Below, piece after piece: positions 18,836 to 29,600 of a DNA stretch of 64,000 nucleotides. Both the position numbers and the translations under genes were made by a program. Every line of letters starts with the position of its first letter. Positions within the stretch are counted from its first letter, which is position 1. The stretch comes from Thermodesulfobacteriota bacterium (GTDB lineage: Bacteria; Desulfobacterota; Desulfarculia; JACQYL01), in NCBI GenBank assembly GCA_963675595.2, contig CAXXLZ010000001.1, positions 1,216,001 through 1,280,000 on the forward strand. The letters are read 5' to 3'. Under the pieces are notes generated by a model. That model saw only the letters and a program-made list of their open reading frames with translations. It was not told the origin of the DNA and made no database searches.

Positions 18836-20098
18836 ATGTCCCAACACCTTCAAGTCCCAACGAGTTTCACGTTGCCCAATGGAATCCGGGTATGCGCCGA
18901 ACATTTCAAAGGTGCGCGATCTTTCTCTCTCTGCCTCAAGTTCTTGAGCGGCGCCGCGGAGGAACCGGAAGATAAGCTCGGCCTTGCCACAGTCATGGAG
19001 GGTTCTATTTTTAAAGGCACCTCTAGAAGAACGGCCGCCCAGCTGTTCGATTCCCTGGATGCGCTGGGGGTGGAGCGTGACGCCGGGGTCTCCGCTGAAT
19101 CCATCACCTTCCACCTGAGCACGCTTCCCGACCGGGCGGAGGAAGCACTGAAGATTTATCGGGAAATATTGGAGGAGGCCTCCTTTCCGGAGGAAGAAGT
19201 GGCGACGGCCCGGCGCCTGGCCCTCGAAAGGATCGCCGGCATCGATGACAAACCCAGAAGCAAACTGGCTTTGATGGTTATGGAAGCGGCTTTGGGCAGG
19301 CCGTTGGGAAGACCCGTGCCGGGGACCCGGGAAACCGTGGAAGGCATCGATCCTTCCGAGCTGCGCGAATTCCTTGGTCGCTCCCTTTTCCCTGCGGGCA
19401 TGATCGTTACAGCCGCCGGTGGAATGGATCCGGACGAAGTCTTCCGAATGGTGGAATCCGCATTTGGTGATTGGTCGCGGCCGGGAGTCGTACCCTCGCC
19501 GCATCCGGTTGAAGTGAGGCCCGGGGTCACGCACGAACTCAAGGAAAGCGAACAGGCTCACATCGCCGTGGTCTATCCGGGACCTTCAAGGGGTGCGGAG
19601 GACTACTATTCCGCACAAATCGCGGCCGGAGTGCTGTCGGGCAGCGGGTCCAGCAGGCTGTTCACGGAGGTTCGAGAGAAGCGAGGCCTCGTATATCACG
19701 TGGGCACGGGCTACCACCCATTTCGTGACGGCGCTGTTATGGTGCTTTACGCCGGCACCCGCGCAGATCGAACGGAGGAGACTTTGAAAGTGTGTTTGCA
19801 GGAAATTCGTCGACTCGCCGGGGATATCTCCGACGAGGAGGTGGAACGCGCTCGCTCGGTAAGTTTAGGAAGATTGCTCACGGTGGGAGAACTGGCCGGA
19901 GCGCGCGCGTCCGCTCTCGCGGACGACCTTGCTTTGATCGGACGCGCTAGATCCATCGACGAGATCGTCGAACAGGTCAAGTCCGTGGACACGGCTCAGG
20001 CCATGCGGGCGGCGGAGCGCTATCGACCCGAGCCTTATCGAGTCGCCGTCTTGGGACCCGTTTCCCCTCTTTTTGAAGGGGAGCGAACCAATGACTGA
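18836..20098 (+). CDS. M16 peptidase, non-catalytic subunit
   Basis: LPNGIRV, FKGT, SSRLFTEVREKRGLVY; HxxEH absent (LATVMEG); start uncertain (18824/18836). Confidence 0.88.
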   Translation: MSQHLQVPTSFTLPNGIRVCAEHFKGARSFSLCLKFLSGAAEEPEDKLGLATVMEGSIFKGTSRRTAAQLFDSLDALGVERDAGVSAESITFHLSTLPDRAEEALKIYREILEEASFPEEEVATARRLALERIAGIDDKPRSKLALMVMEAALGRPLGRPVPGTRETVEGIDPSELREFLGRSLFPAGMIVTAAGGMDPDEVFRMVESAFGDWSRPGVVPSPHPVEVRPGVTHELKESEQAHIAVVYPGPSRGAEDYYSAQIAAGVLSGSGSSRLFTEVREKRGLVYHVGTGYHPFRDGAVMVLYAGTRADRTEETLKVCLQEIRRLAGDISDEEVERARSVSLGRLLTVGELAGARASALADDLALIGRARSIDEIVEQVKSVDTAQAMRAAERYRPEPYRVAVLGPVSPLFEGERTND

Positions 20099-21326
20099 GA
20101 ATTCTTTTTGGAGAACCACGTTGGACAACGGATTATCCGTTGTCTTGGAAACCATTCCGCGGTTGCGATCCACCGCGGTCGGCTATCTTGTGCGAACCGG
20201 CTCCCGAAATGAACCCAGGCGGTTAGCCGGTATGTCTCATTTTCTTGAACACATGAGTTTCAAGGGCACATCCAAGCGAACCTGGGATCAGATCAACAAG
20301 GACGTGGACGCCTTGGGCGCTCTGTGGAACGCCTACACATGGTGGGAGGGTACGGCCTACTTCCACTGGGTGCAGGCGGAACGGGTCGCCGACTCCATTG
20401 AGATCCTTTCGGACATGATGAGACCGAGCCTCCTCCGCGAGGATTTCGACACGGAAAAGAATGTAATCCTCGAAGAGATTGCGATGTACAATGACAATCC
20501 ATCGGCGCTCATCGCGGACCATTTGATTCAGGTGATATATGGTGACCACCCTCTGGGGACGTCGGTTCTGGGCACCAAAGAAACCGTGTCCGCCATTCGG
20601 CACGAGGACCTGGTGGGATACCATGCCCGACGATACGCTCCGGAGGACATGGTTTTCGTGGCCACGGGGGCCGTCGATCGGGACGCGATCCTGGAGACGG
20701 TGGAGCGATATACCGGTTCTTGGCGAGAGAAGGCCGACGAGCAAAGCCGGCCCGAGCCCCCCTTTCTAACCGGCACCCACGTGATTCATCGCCCCACGGT
20801 CAGCCGTCAACATTTGGCCATGGCTTGGCGCGGCCCTGAGACGGGCTCTTCGGATGAGCCTGTGGCAAGGGTTCTAGCACGTTATCTTGGAGATCGAGAG
20901 AACAGCCGCCTTTACTGGGCGGTGAAGCAAAAGGGCTTGGTGGAGCGGGTCGGGGCCTCTCACTTCGGATTCAAGGACAGCGGCTTTCTTTATGTGCATG
21001 CTTCTTCCGGGCCCGAAAACTCAAGACGGGTTTATGATCTGATCCGTGAGGAACTGCTCAAGGCTCACCGGGCGGTGGACGAAGACGCACTCGAACGATC
21101 GCGTACGAAAGCGGTTTCCGCTCTTGTGCGAGAGGCGGAGAACGGCTTGAATCGCTGGATGCAGCTTGCGGAGAGGGAAAGCGCCGGAGCAACGGTCAAG
21201 ACGATCCGGATGAGCATCAATGAAATCGAAGAGGTAACCCCGGATCGTATTCGGCAGTATCTAGATGAATTCCCTCTCTCCGAGGATCCCGCGCTGGTTT
21301 CATTGGGACCTTTGGAGCGATTCTGA
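20091..21326 (+). CDS. M16 zinc peptidase, catalytic subunit
   Basis: LDNGL, GSRNE, SHFLEHMSFKGT (HxxEH), EKNVILEEI. Confidence 0.92.
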   Translation: MTENSFWRTTLDNGLSVVLETIPRLRSTAVGYLVRTGSRNEPRRLAGMSHFLEHMSFKGTSKRTWDQINKDVDALGALWNAYTWWEGTAYFHWVQAERVADSIEILSDMMRPSLLREDFDTEKNVILEEIAMYNDNPSALIADHLIQVIYGDHPLGTSVLGTKETVSAIRHEDLVGYHARRYAPEDMVFVATGAVDRDAILETVERYTGSWREKADEQSRPEPPFLTGTHVIHRPTVSRQHLAMAWRGPETGSSDEPVARVLARYLGDRENSRLYWAVKQKGLVERVGASHFGFKDSGFLYVHASSGPENSRRVYDLIREELLKAHRAVDEDALERSRTKAVSALVREAENGLNRWMQLAERESAGATVKTIRMSINEIEEVTPDRIRQYLDEFPLSEDPALVSLGPLERF

Positions 21327-21357
21327 AACGTCACACGAAGGGGCGACAAACCTTCCC

Positions 21358-21669
21358 ATGATTGATAAGTCCGTGGTGGTCGAGGCGCTGCTCGAGCGTT
21401 TGGACAAACTCGAGGTAGGCCATTGCCTCGATGTGAGAACGTACAAGAGGAACCGATCCGTCGTTTTGATCAAGACGGGAGAGTCGGATTATCACATCAT
21501 TGAGGATGGATTTTGTCGAGAAGAGTTCACCGTGGATTCTCGGAGGTTAAAGCGTACCATCAAAGAACTGCTGAAAAAGGAATTCCCTCGAAGCAGAAAG
21601 GTACGAGTCTATGCCCTGGGCCCATGCGACCCGGTGAAGTTTTCAAGAACACCAAGGAAGACCATATGA
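21358..21669 (+). CDS. Hypothetical protein
   Basis: MIDKSVVVEALL...TYKRNRSV...EDGF...KEFPRSRKVRVY; compact protein-like ORF following the M16 pair. Confidence 0.7.
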   Translation: MIDKSVVVEALLERLDKLEVGHCLDVRTYKRNRSVVLIKTGESDYHIIEDGFCREEFTVDSRRLKRTIKELLKKEFPRSRKVRVYALGPCDPVKFSRTPRKTI

Positions 21670-21790
21670 GGCTGTTGAAAGGCGCGATTTGCGGCGAGGC
21701 GCTTCATTACTCGTCACTCCGACGTACTCCCATGTACGCCTCTCGTTCCTCGGAATTTGCGCGCCTTGGATCTCATCGTTTTTCAACAGC
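21669..21790. repeat. MITE-like dispersed repeat, copy 2
   Basis: Perfect 10-bp terminal inverted repeat GCTGTTGAAA (21671-80)/TTTCAACAGC (21781-90); interior similar to copy 1. Confidence 0.8.
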
Positions 21791-21853
21791 TTTCAACAAT
21801 CCGACTTTTCCACGGGCCGATATGAGACCGGTCCCACGATGCGAAGCAACCAT

Positions 21854-22969
21854 ATGAGCGCCAAAGTGATTTCCATTGTGGGCGCGCGCCCTCAGTTCAT
21901 CAAGGCGGCGATGGTTTCCGGAAGAATCCGAAGTCGTCCGGGACTGGAGGAACTGCTTCTTCATACGGGGCAACATTACGACGACAATCTTTCCCGTGTC
22001 TTTTTTGAAGAGTTGGAGATTCCGGAGCCTGACTGGAACTTGGGCGTGGGGTCCGGTTCCCACGGGTACCAGACCGCACGCATGCTGGAAGGCATCGAAG
22101 GGATCATCCTGAAAGAGCACCCCGAAATGGTGCTTGTCTATGGAGACACGAATTCGACCCTGGCGGGCGCCTTGGCCGCAGCGAAACTCCACGTTCCCGT
22201 CGCTCACGTCGAAGCGGGACTGCGATCCTTCAATCGACGGATGCCCGAGGAAGTGAACCGGGTGATGGCGGACCATCTCTCCGATCTTCTGTTCGCTCCC
22301 ACGAAAAAGGCCGTGGAGAACCTGCAAAAAGAGGGCATGGCCCAAGAGAATGTCTTGTTCGTCGGGGACGTGATGTATGACGCGGCGCTGCACTTCGGAA
22401 ACAAAGCCGAAATGAACGGCGGCATAGCGGCAAGACTCGCCCTTCGAAAAGACGAATATATCCTCGTGACCATTCACCGCGCGGAGAACACGGACGATGC
22501 CGAACGCCTCACCGCCGTGGTGGAGGGGCTTTGCGATATCGCAGAGGAGATATCCGTTGTCTGGCCTCTGCATCCCAGGACCGCCGCTGCACTGTCTCGT
22601 TTGCGTCTGCTTGAACATGCAAAACGTCGACTGCGGGTGATAGACCCCGTCGGATATCTGGATATGTGCGTTTTGGAGAAGAACGCGAACGTTATTGTGA
22701 CCGATTCCGGAGGAATTCAGAAGGAGGCATTTTTCCACGGGGTGCCTTGCGTCACATTACGTGATGAAACGGAATGGGTGGAATTGGTGGAATTGGGCTG
22801 GAATCGGGTGGCGCGGCCGACCTCGGCCTCGGCGATCCGTCGCGCGGTCCGATCGGCGGAGCCTCCGCTCCCCACCGCCGAAATGCCCTATGGAAACGGT
22901 GATGCCGCGGATCGAATCGCTCAAGCCGTCGAGCAAAGGCTCAGCAACGGTCCCGCCCCCGGGGCCTAA
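21854..22969 (+). CDS. wecB: UDP-N-acetylglucosamine 2-epimerase (non-hydrolysing)
   Basis: GARPQFIK, HTGQHYD, YGDTNS, HVEAGLRS, MPEE, TDSGGIQKEA; start ATG 21854 (longer ORF reads through the repeat). Confidence 0.95.
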   Translation: MSAKVISIVGARPQFIKAAMVSGRIRSRPGLEELLLHTGQHYDDNLSRVFFEELEIPEPDWNLGVGSGSHGYQTARMLEGIEGIILKEHPEMVLVYGDTNSTLAGALAAAKLHVPVAHVEAGLRSFNRRMPEEVNRVMADHLSDLLFAPTKKAVENLQKEGMAQENVLFVGDVMYDAALHFGNKAEMNGGIAARLALRKDEYILVTIHRAENTDDAERLTAVVEGLCDIAEEISVVWPLHPRTAAALSRLRLLEHAKRRLRVIDPVGYLDMCVLEKNANVIVTDSGGIQKEAFFHGVPCVTLRDETEWVELVELGWNRVARPTSASAIRRAVRSAEPPLPTAEMPYGNGDAADRIAQAVEQRLSNGPAPGA

Positions 22970-22998
22970 ACCGAGGAAATCTGAAATGGAGGTATGCC

Positions 22999-23571
22999 AT
23001 GAAACGATTATTAGGGATTACCGCTCTGTGCTTCTTGTGTCTTTGCCTGTTTGGAGGCTCGGTGAGCCTTGCCGGGTCACAAGAAACCTTGCCGACCTTG
23101 GCCGTGTTTCCGAGCTGGCTCCCGGGTGAAGCGGGCGCCTTCGGTCATTTCCTGACCAACTCACTTTATGACATCCTGGACGGTTACGAGCGCTTTCAAC
23201 CCGTCTATAGCGCATATCCCGGTGACGGCCGCTATGACACCGCACCGTTACCGAAAGGACTCATTCCTCCGGACCTCCGCGACAAGCTTTGGGAAAAGAA
23301 GAGTTTTCTCACCCCGTATCGACCCAACGCGAATTTGGTGTACCAGCTCGGAGAAAAGCTCGGAGTGGACGCGGTGATCATGTACTCGTTGGTCATTACG
23401 GGCGGGGGACGCGACCAACTCACCGCCTATCTGTTCGATATCCAAAAGCGACGAGAAATCTCCCGATACGTGACCGACGAACTCAAACACAACTATACCG
23501 GAGAGATCGCGCCCGTGGCTCTGACCAACAAGCTGCGGGGCGTCACCGACTACGTGCTTCTGCGTTACTGA
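22999..23571 (+). CDS. Secreted hypothetical protein (possibly CsgG/TolB-N-like alpha/beta fold)
   Basis: GGAGG RBS, signal peptide, LAVFP...LGEKLGVDAVI...AYLFD pattern. Confidence 0.65.
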   Translation: MKRLLGITALCFLCLCLFGGSVSLAGSQETLPTLAVFPSWLPGEAGAFGHFLTNSLYDILDGYERFQPVYSAYPGDGRYDTAPLPKGLIPPDLRDKLWEKKSFLTPYRPNANLVYQLGEKLGVDAVIMYSLVITGGGRDQLTAYLFDIQKRREISRYVTDELKHNYTGEIAPVALTNKLRGVTDYVLLRY

Positions 23572-23671
23572 GTCATGCTCGGAAGACCTGTCGGCCCGAA
23601 AAAGTGCGAATCATGATCGCTCCAGTTATTAGGATCGGTTTCGAGGTTTGGTCTTCCCCCTTCACGGGTCC

Positions 23672-26600
23672 TCATTGAGGCAGTGTACCCATCACTGAAA
23701 TACTCACGGCTCGACTTCTACTGTTTTCGGGGTTTGGGTCGAGGGTGTCCGACTCGACCACTGCCGTGTTAATGATGGAACCCGAAGGAGAATCGGGACT
23801 CACTTTGCCTCGGATCAAAACCAGTTTGGTGGTACCGGAAAGGATCGTACCCAGACTCATGGAACCCGATATGCGGTTCCAGGAGGCGCCTCCATCCAGA
23901 GAAGCTTCCGGTTGAAGCAAACGGGGCGGCAGTCGGTCCGTCAGTTTCACTTGCAGAGCATCCGAAGGACCCCGATTCTCCACCGATATCGTGTAAAGAA
24001 CGGACTCTCCGGCGGCCACTTCCCGAACGGAGGCCGACTTGGTTAGTTGCAGATCGGCTTCTGATACAATATTCAGAACCACCGGGTCGGATAGGTTGTT
24101 CTCCGGACGAATGTCGCGAGTGGCGGAAGAAATCTCCGAACGACTCTCAATGCGACCCGTGGCTTTCGGGTCCAAAGCGGCTTGAATCAAAGCGTAACGT
24201 GATTGACCGACTTCGATCCGGCCCAGGGCGGCCCCCCGGTCCAAAGGTCGCCAGTTCGCTCCTCCGTCCGTAGAGTACTTTGGGTCCACAAGGGAGGGAG
24301 AACTCTCATGCTTAAGGAAGAGCTCTTCCGCCACACACGGTCCATGATTATAAATCACCACGGTATAGGTAATCCGGTCTCCGGAACGGACGGGGTCCGG
24401 AGCGCCGGTCATGGTGACGCCCAAATCGGCTATGGTTTCCACTCGAGTTGCGGCCTCGGCTCGATTGTTTCGGATGTTGGGGTCTATTGTGGTCGAACGG
24501 ACTTCCACGCGGTTTTTCAAAGAGAGGGTCGCAGCGGGAGATACCGTTGCACGCAGTCGGACAGCGGTCGATGACATCGCCGGAATCGTCCCCAATTTCA
24601 TGGAACCGGCCCATCTCCTCCAAGCGGATTCCTTTCCCACCTTGAACTCCGGATCCTGAAGGGCCGAAGGCAGGTCATCGAGAATCACTGCGTCCTGGGC
24701 ATCTGAGGGGCCCAGGTTCTCCACAATCAAGTCGTACTCCAGAGTCCGGGTGACCTCCACCGGATCGGGCTTTCCAGTGATCTTGATGGAAAGGTCGGCC
24801 GCGGTATTTACTTTGACGGCCATGATTCCCGAAGAATTGTCTTGGGCTCGGGCCTCCTCGGTGGCCGATATCACGGCCACGGTGTAGGGTATGGCTCCTT
24901 GAGGAGCCGAGGCATCGACCTCGCCGCGGATTTTGACCCGAACCCCCTCCCCCGCCTTCACGAGTCTAATTCGAGCGGAACCTCTCCAGGGGCTCCAGTT
25001 TTCGCCTTCGTCCAAGGAAAATTCCGGATCCTTCACTCGGCCTTCCGGAAACTCATCTTCAGCGACCACATCTCTCGCATCCGATGGTCCGTTATTTCGG
25101 ATCTCGAACGCGAATTCCACCATCTCGCCCGCGTTCGCCTGCGGTGCCATGTCCGCCGGATGGATGGAGAGGTCGCTGACGGCCTTAACCTGAGTCAGTC
25201 GTTCCCTGGAGTCATTGTTGCCCGGATTGGGGTCGGACGTCGTTGATTCCACCCGGATTCCGGATTTCAATTCTTCGAGCCGACCGGCGGGAACCACTCC
25301 TCGGACCTCAATATCCCGCGTCTGCCCGGCTTCCAGGGTTCCTATGTCCAGGGCGCCGTTCCACGGCTCCCAGCGCCCGTCATGACCGATCCTGCAAAGA
25401 GGGGCGGACAGTAGACCCGCACTCCGATCTTTAACCACAACCCCGCGCGCATCCGAAGCGCCGTGGTTGACCACTCGGAGGCGGCGAAGCAGAAAGGTCC
25501 CTGCTGTGATGGGGTTCGGATGGGTCGTTTCTTCCGCAGAAAGGTCCGCTTCCGTGGCCACCCGCGAAACCAACTCCATGGTGTCGTTTTTCGGGTTGCC
25601 GTCCGCTGCCGCTGAGGAGACGGACATCTTACGGGATATCCTGGAAATTGCGCCCGCGGACACGACACCGCGTACCAGAATTTCAGCCGCGGCTTTGGCG
25701 GGCAATAAGTCCATGCGCGTCGACCCTTTCCAGGGCGACCACGTGTCGCCGCCGTCCGAAGAGAATTCGGCGTTCGACAAGGGAGCGACTTCAACGTCTT
25801 TGATGGCGACGTTCCTCGCATCGGAAGGTCCCTCATTCTTGACCATCACCCGGAATACCACGGTTCCGCCCGCAACTACGGGATCATGATCCGCCGTTAC
25901 CAGGATGGACAGATCGGCTTCGGCGTGAACCGCCGGAACCAGAGAGAGCGAGTTGTTTCTTGACACGGGATCGGGATTGTCCGAGGCAACCGACACGTTG
26001 AACGCCATCGGAAGCTGTGTGGAGGTATCGACCAGACCCCGGATTCGAAATTCCCGCTTTTCCCCCGCAGCGACTCCGCCGAGAAACCCAGGAGCTCCGG
26101 GATCCATCCAGGTACCGCCGTTGTCCAGAGAGATCAGCGTATTTTTCAACTGCGACGGAAGTTCACAGCCGATCCCGACCTTATCCGCATCCGAGGGGCC
26201 TAAATTCTTCGCCTCCAGTACGAACTCGAATTCCTCGCCGGGGACCAACGGATCGGTCCCACCCACCTTAAGCACGGCCATGTCGGAACTACGCTCGATC
26301 GTCGTTCTTACTAAGGCCGAAGAGTTGTTGGAAGAGTTCGTGTCTCTTGTTTCGGCTCCCACGTTCACCGAATTCGTCACAGTCCCGGACGCCGAAGGAT
26401 CAATCAGTCCACGAAGTCGAAATTCCAGCGACTTACCGGCGGGGATTGTTCCCAACTCGGCCCGTCCGGGGAAGCTGATCCATTTGTCGGTTCCGGATAA
26501 GACTATTTCGGGTTTTCTGAAAATAGGTGCAAGCTCGTCTGTGAGAGTGACCCCCAAAGCGTCCGACGGGCCTTGGTTCGCGATGGAAATCAAATATTCG

Positions 26601-29600
26601 AAAATATCTCCCGCCGCCGCCGGCTCACGGGAGCCTTCCATCTGTACGGAGAGATCGGCGACGGATTCCAGTTCCGTTCGAATACGAGCCGTACTGTTTT
26701 CGGAGTCGGGGTCATCGGTATCGGCTCTCACCGTGTAAGCCTTCTCGAATCCAGTCTTCCTGGAAGATGGAATCGGGCAACGAAATCGAACCCATCTGGC
26801 CTCGCCGGCTCTGACAGTGCCCAGATTGGGCCGCTCTTGGAATGGACGCCAAGTCTCTCCGTCTCCGAGCGCGAACTCGGTGGTGCTTATCTCCGACGCA
26901 CTGTCTTCTTCCACTATACAGTCGCGGGCATCGGACGGACCCAAGTTCTCAATCCGCATCCGGTAGACCACGCTTGATCCGGCAACGACGCGCTCTTGAT
27001 CCTGTGAGATGGAAGCCGCAAGGTCGGCCCGAATCGAGACATCGATCTTCCCTTCCCAAAGGTTGTTGTCTTCCCGGGGATCGGGAACTTGTGATTCCAC
27101 TCTCACTCGGTAGTCGAGCGTCTGGTCCGCCGACGAATCCACCGCGGACCGCATGAGGAACTTCCTCGACTGGAGTACGGATAATTCCCCCAAAGATGCC
27201 GAATCGTCAAAACCTTGCCAAGTGTCGCCTCCGTCCGTCGAGATTTCCATTTGAGAAATACGGTCGGAAACGGGCGTCATCACCACGACACCGGAAGCAT
27301 GAGAAGGTCCGGAGTTGAGCACCGTGAATTCATACTGAAGTGTGAGCCCCGCAACAGCGGAAGTCGGTCCGTCTGTGCGCGTCAACGACAAATCGGCGAG
27401 ACGCGCCAAAGGTCCGGTTGACATGACCAGGTCGTTGCCGGACAATTCCATGCCTTCGTTCTCGGAGGACGGTTTCAGCTCCAAGGATACCGAACCCACG
27501 GAGTCCGGCGGCACCCGGCCTTCAATCTTCAGATCGACGATGCCTCCAACGGGCAGATTGGGTATGTTGATCTTTTTGTCCAGCGGCTCCCAGTTTCCCT
27601 CCGGAAGTCGGTAACGGGCTCCTTGCAGCGCTGTTCCCGCATTGGTGTTGAGTGCCACGCCCCCGGCATCCGAGGGGCCCGAATTTCCAATTCGAACGAG
27701 AAATTCCGCCGGACGACCCGCAACTCCGGACTCGGGAGCCTGAACGAGTTCCAGAGCAATTTGGGATTTTGAAACTATCGGAGCCTGGATTAGGTAAAGG
27801 TTGTTTTCCGGATTTGTATCCTCGATCGAGGATGCGACTTCGAAACGTCTCAGAGCCTTGCCGGACGCGGAAGAAGGGACAGGGCTGCGCATCGGAAGAC
27901 TCAAAGTCTCGGCCGGTGCCATATCCCCCAGCTCAAGCTCCCCAACAAGCGCAGTCCAGGTGATCCCGCCGTCCCTGGAAACCTGAAGTTCGACTCCTGC
28001 ATCTTCGGGATGATGGATCAGAACCACGCCGGGCGCGCCGGACGGACCGGCGTTGGTGACTTTGATCACAGCCTCCAGGTCTTTGCCTGCCGGTATTCCG
28101 CCGGAATCCACCGTCGCGATTACCGAGAGGTCGGCTTTGGCGACAACGCGCGTGGCACCGTGTGCATGATTGTTCTCCAAGATGGGGTCTCGGGTTTTGG
28201 AGATGACTTCGACCGATTGGGCGACGTCTTCCACCACCGTTCCGTCCAGGATGCCCCATGCCGGAATCTTCACCAACGCATCGGCGCGGACATTGCCCAA
28301 GGAAACGGCCCCTTCCCATTTCCGCCAGGTTTTTCCTTGGTCGGGAGAGTATTGGACTTGTCGAACCGTTTCGGGCCACCTCGCGTTCAGCAACACTTCA
28401 TCAGCGTCCGAAGGACCGTTGTTACTCACGGTTATGGTATAGGAAGCCCGCTCTCCGGCGACGAAGGGTGCCGTGGGCGTCCAAAGCAGTACACTGACGT
28501 CCGCCTCCACCGACACGGGGATGGACGAAGAGTCCACCTTGTCGTTGGATGCGATGGAGTCCGACGTAGCCGCCGATACCAGGAACGCTCCCGAAAGCTC
28601 GTCCTTGGTCCGGGAGGGCACCCTGCCCCGTATGACGATTTCTCGAACGCCCCCGGCGTCGAGACTTCCCAACTCCAGGGTACCGGACGAGGGTTCCCAA
28701 TTATCTCCTCCGTCTATGGATGCTTTTGCTCGCTCCAGCAACCCAAGGGGCTCATAACTTAGACCGACCCCCATCGCGTCGGAAGGACCGAGGTTGGAGA
28801 CTCGCAGCCGATATTCCGTTTCATCGCCCGCCAAGACCGCATCCGGAGCATGAAGCAGTTCCAGACTCAGGTCCGCCCTGGCCTCAATTTGAGTACCCAA
28901 GACGAACCGATCATTCTCCTTATCCGGGTCCGGCGTGGCGGACGAATGGATCCGGGCTTCGTAGGTCAGAAGTCCGGATGCAGCAGGATCGATACGACCT
29001 TGAAGCAATAGTTCACGAATCTCCCCGGATGGCATGACGTCGAAGTTCAACATTCCAGGCCATGGAAGCCAAGTGGAACCGCCGTCAACGGAAATCTCCG
29101 GCCGGCTGAGCCGTTCCGGGGCATTGTCCCTAAGGGTTACATTGGCGGCGTTGGAGGGCCCCCTATTTTCCAAGATGATCCGATAGGATATCTCGTTCCC
29201 GGCGATGTTTGTTTCTTTGACCGACTCGATCCCGATTCTGAGATCGGCGGTTTCAACGACGCCGATTTCCATGATTGCTGCGTCGTTTTCTTCGTTTACT
29301 TCCGGAGTCTCGGAACCGATGACGACCTTTCCCACCAACGGGTCGCGGCGCGAAGGCTCAATGAGGCCTCGGAAAAGAATCCTTTTCTCGTCCTTGGCCG
29401 CGATGCGGTCGACACGAATGCGCTCGTCATTTACCGGATTCCATGTGACGCCGTCGTCCATTGACACCAGCGGGTTTCGAATACCCTCCGGCATTGCGGC
29501 TTGGACCCAAACCTCCTTCGCATCCGAAGGCCCCTCGTTGTAGGCTGTGAGATCCCATGCGAACTCATCACCCGCGACGGCGGAATCCGAAAGTGCGCTT

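Noticed and set aside
18836-20098. M16 peptidase lacking HxxEH as a pseudogene
   Set aside because: Intact ORF next to an HxxEH-bearing paralogue, the normal heterodimeric M16B arrangement
21689-21853. 55-aa N-terminal extension of WecB in the ORF track
   Set aside because: Mostly read-through of the MITE-like element; homology begins at MSAKVISIVGARPQF
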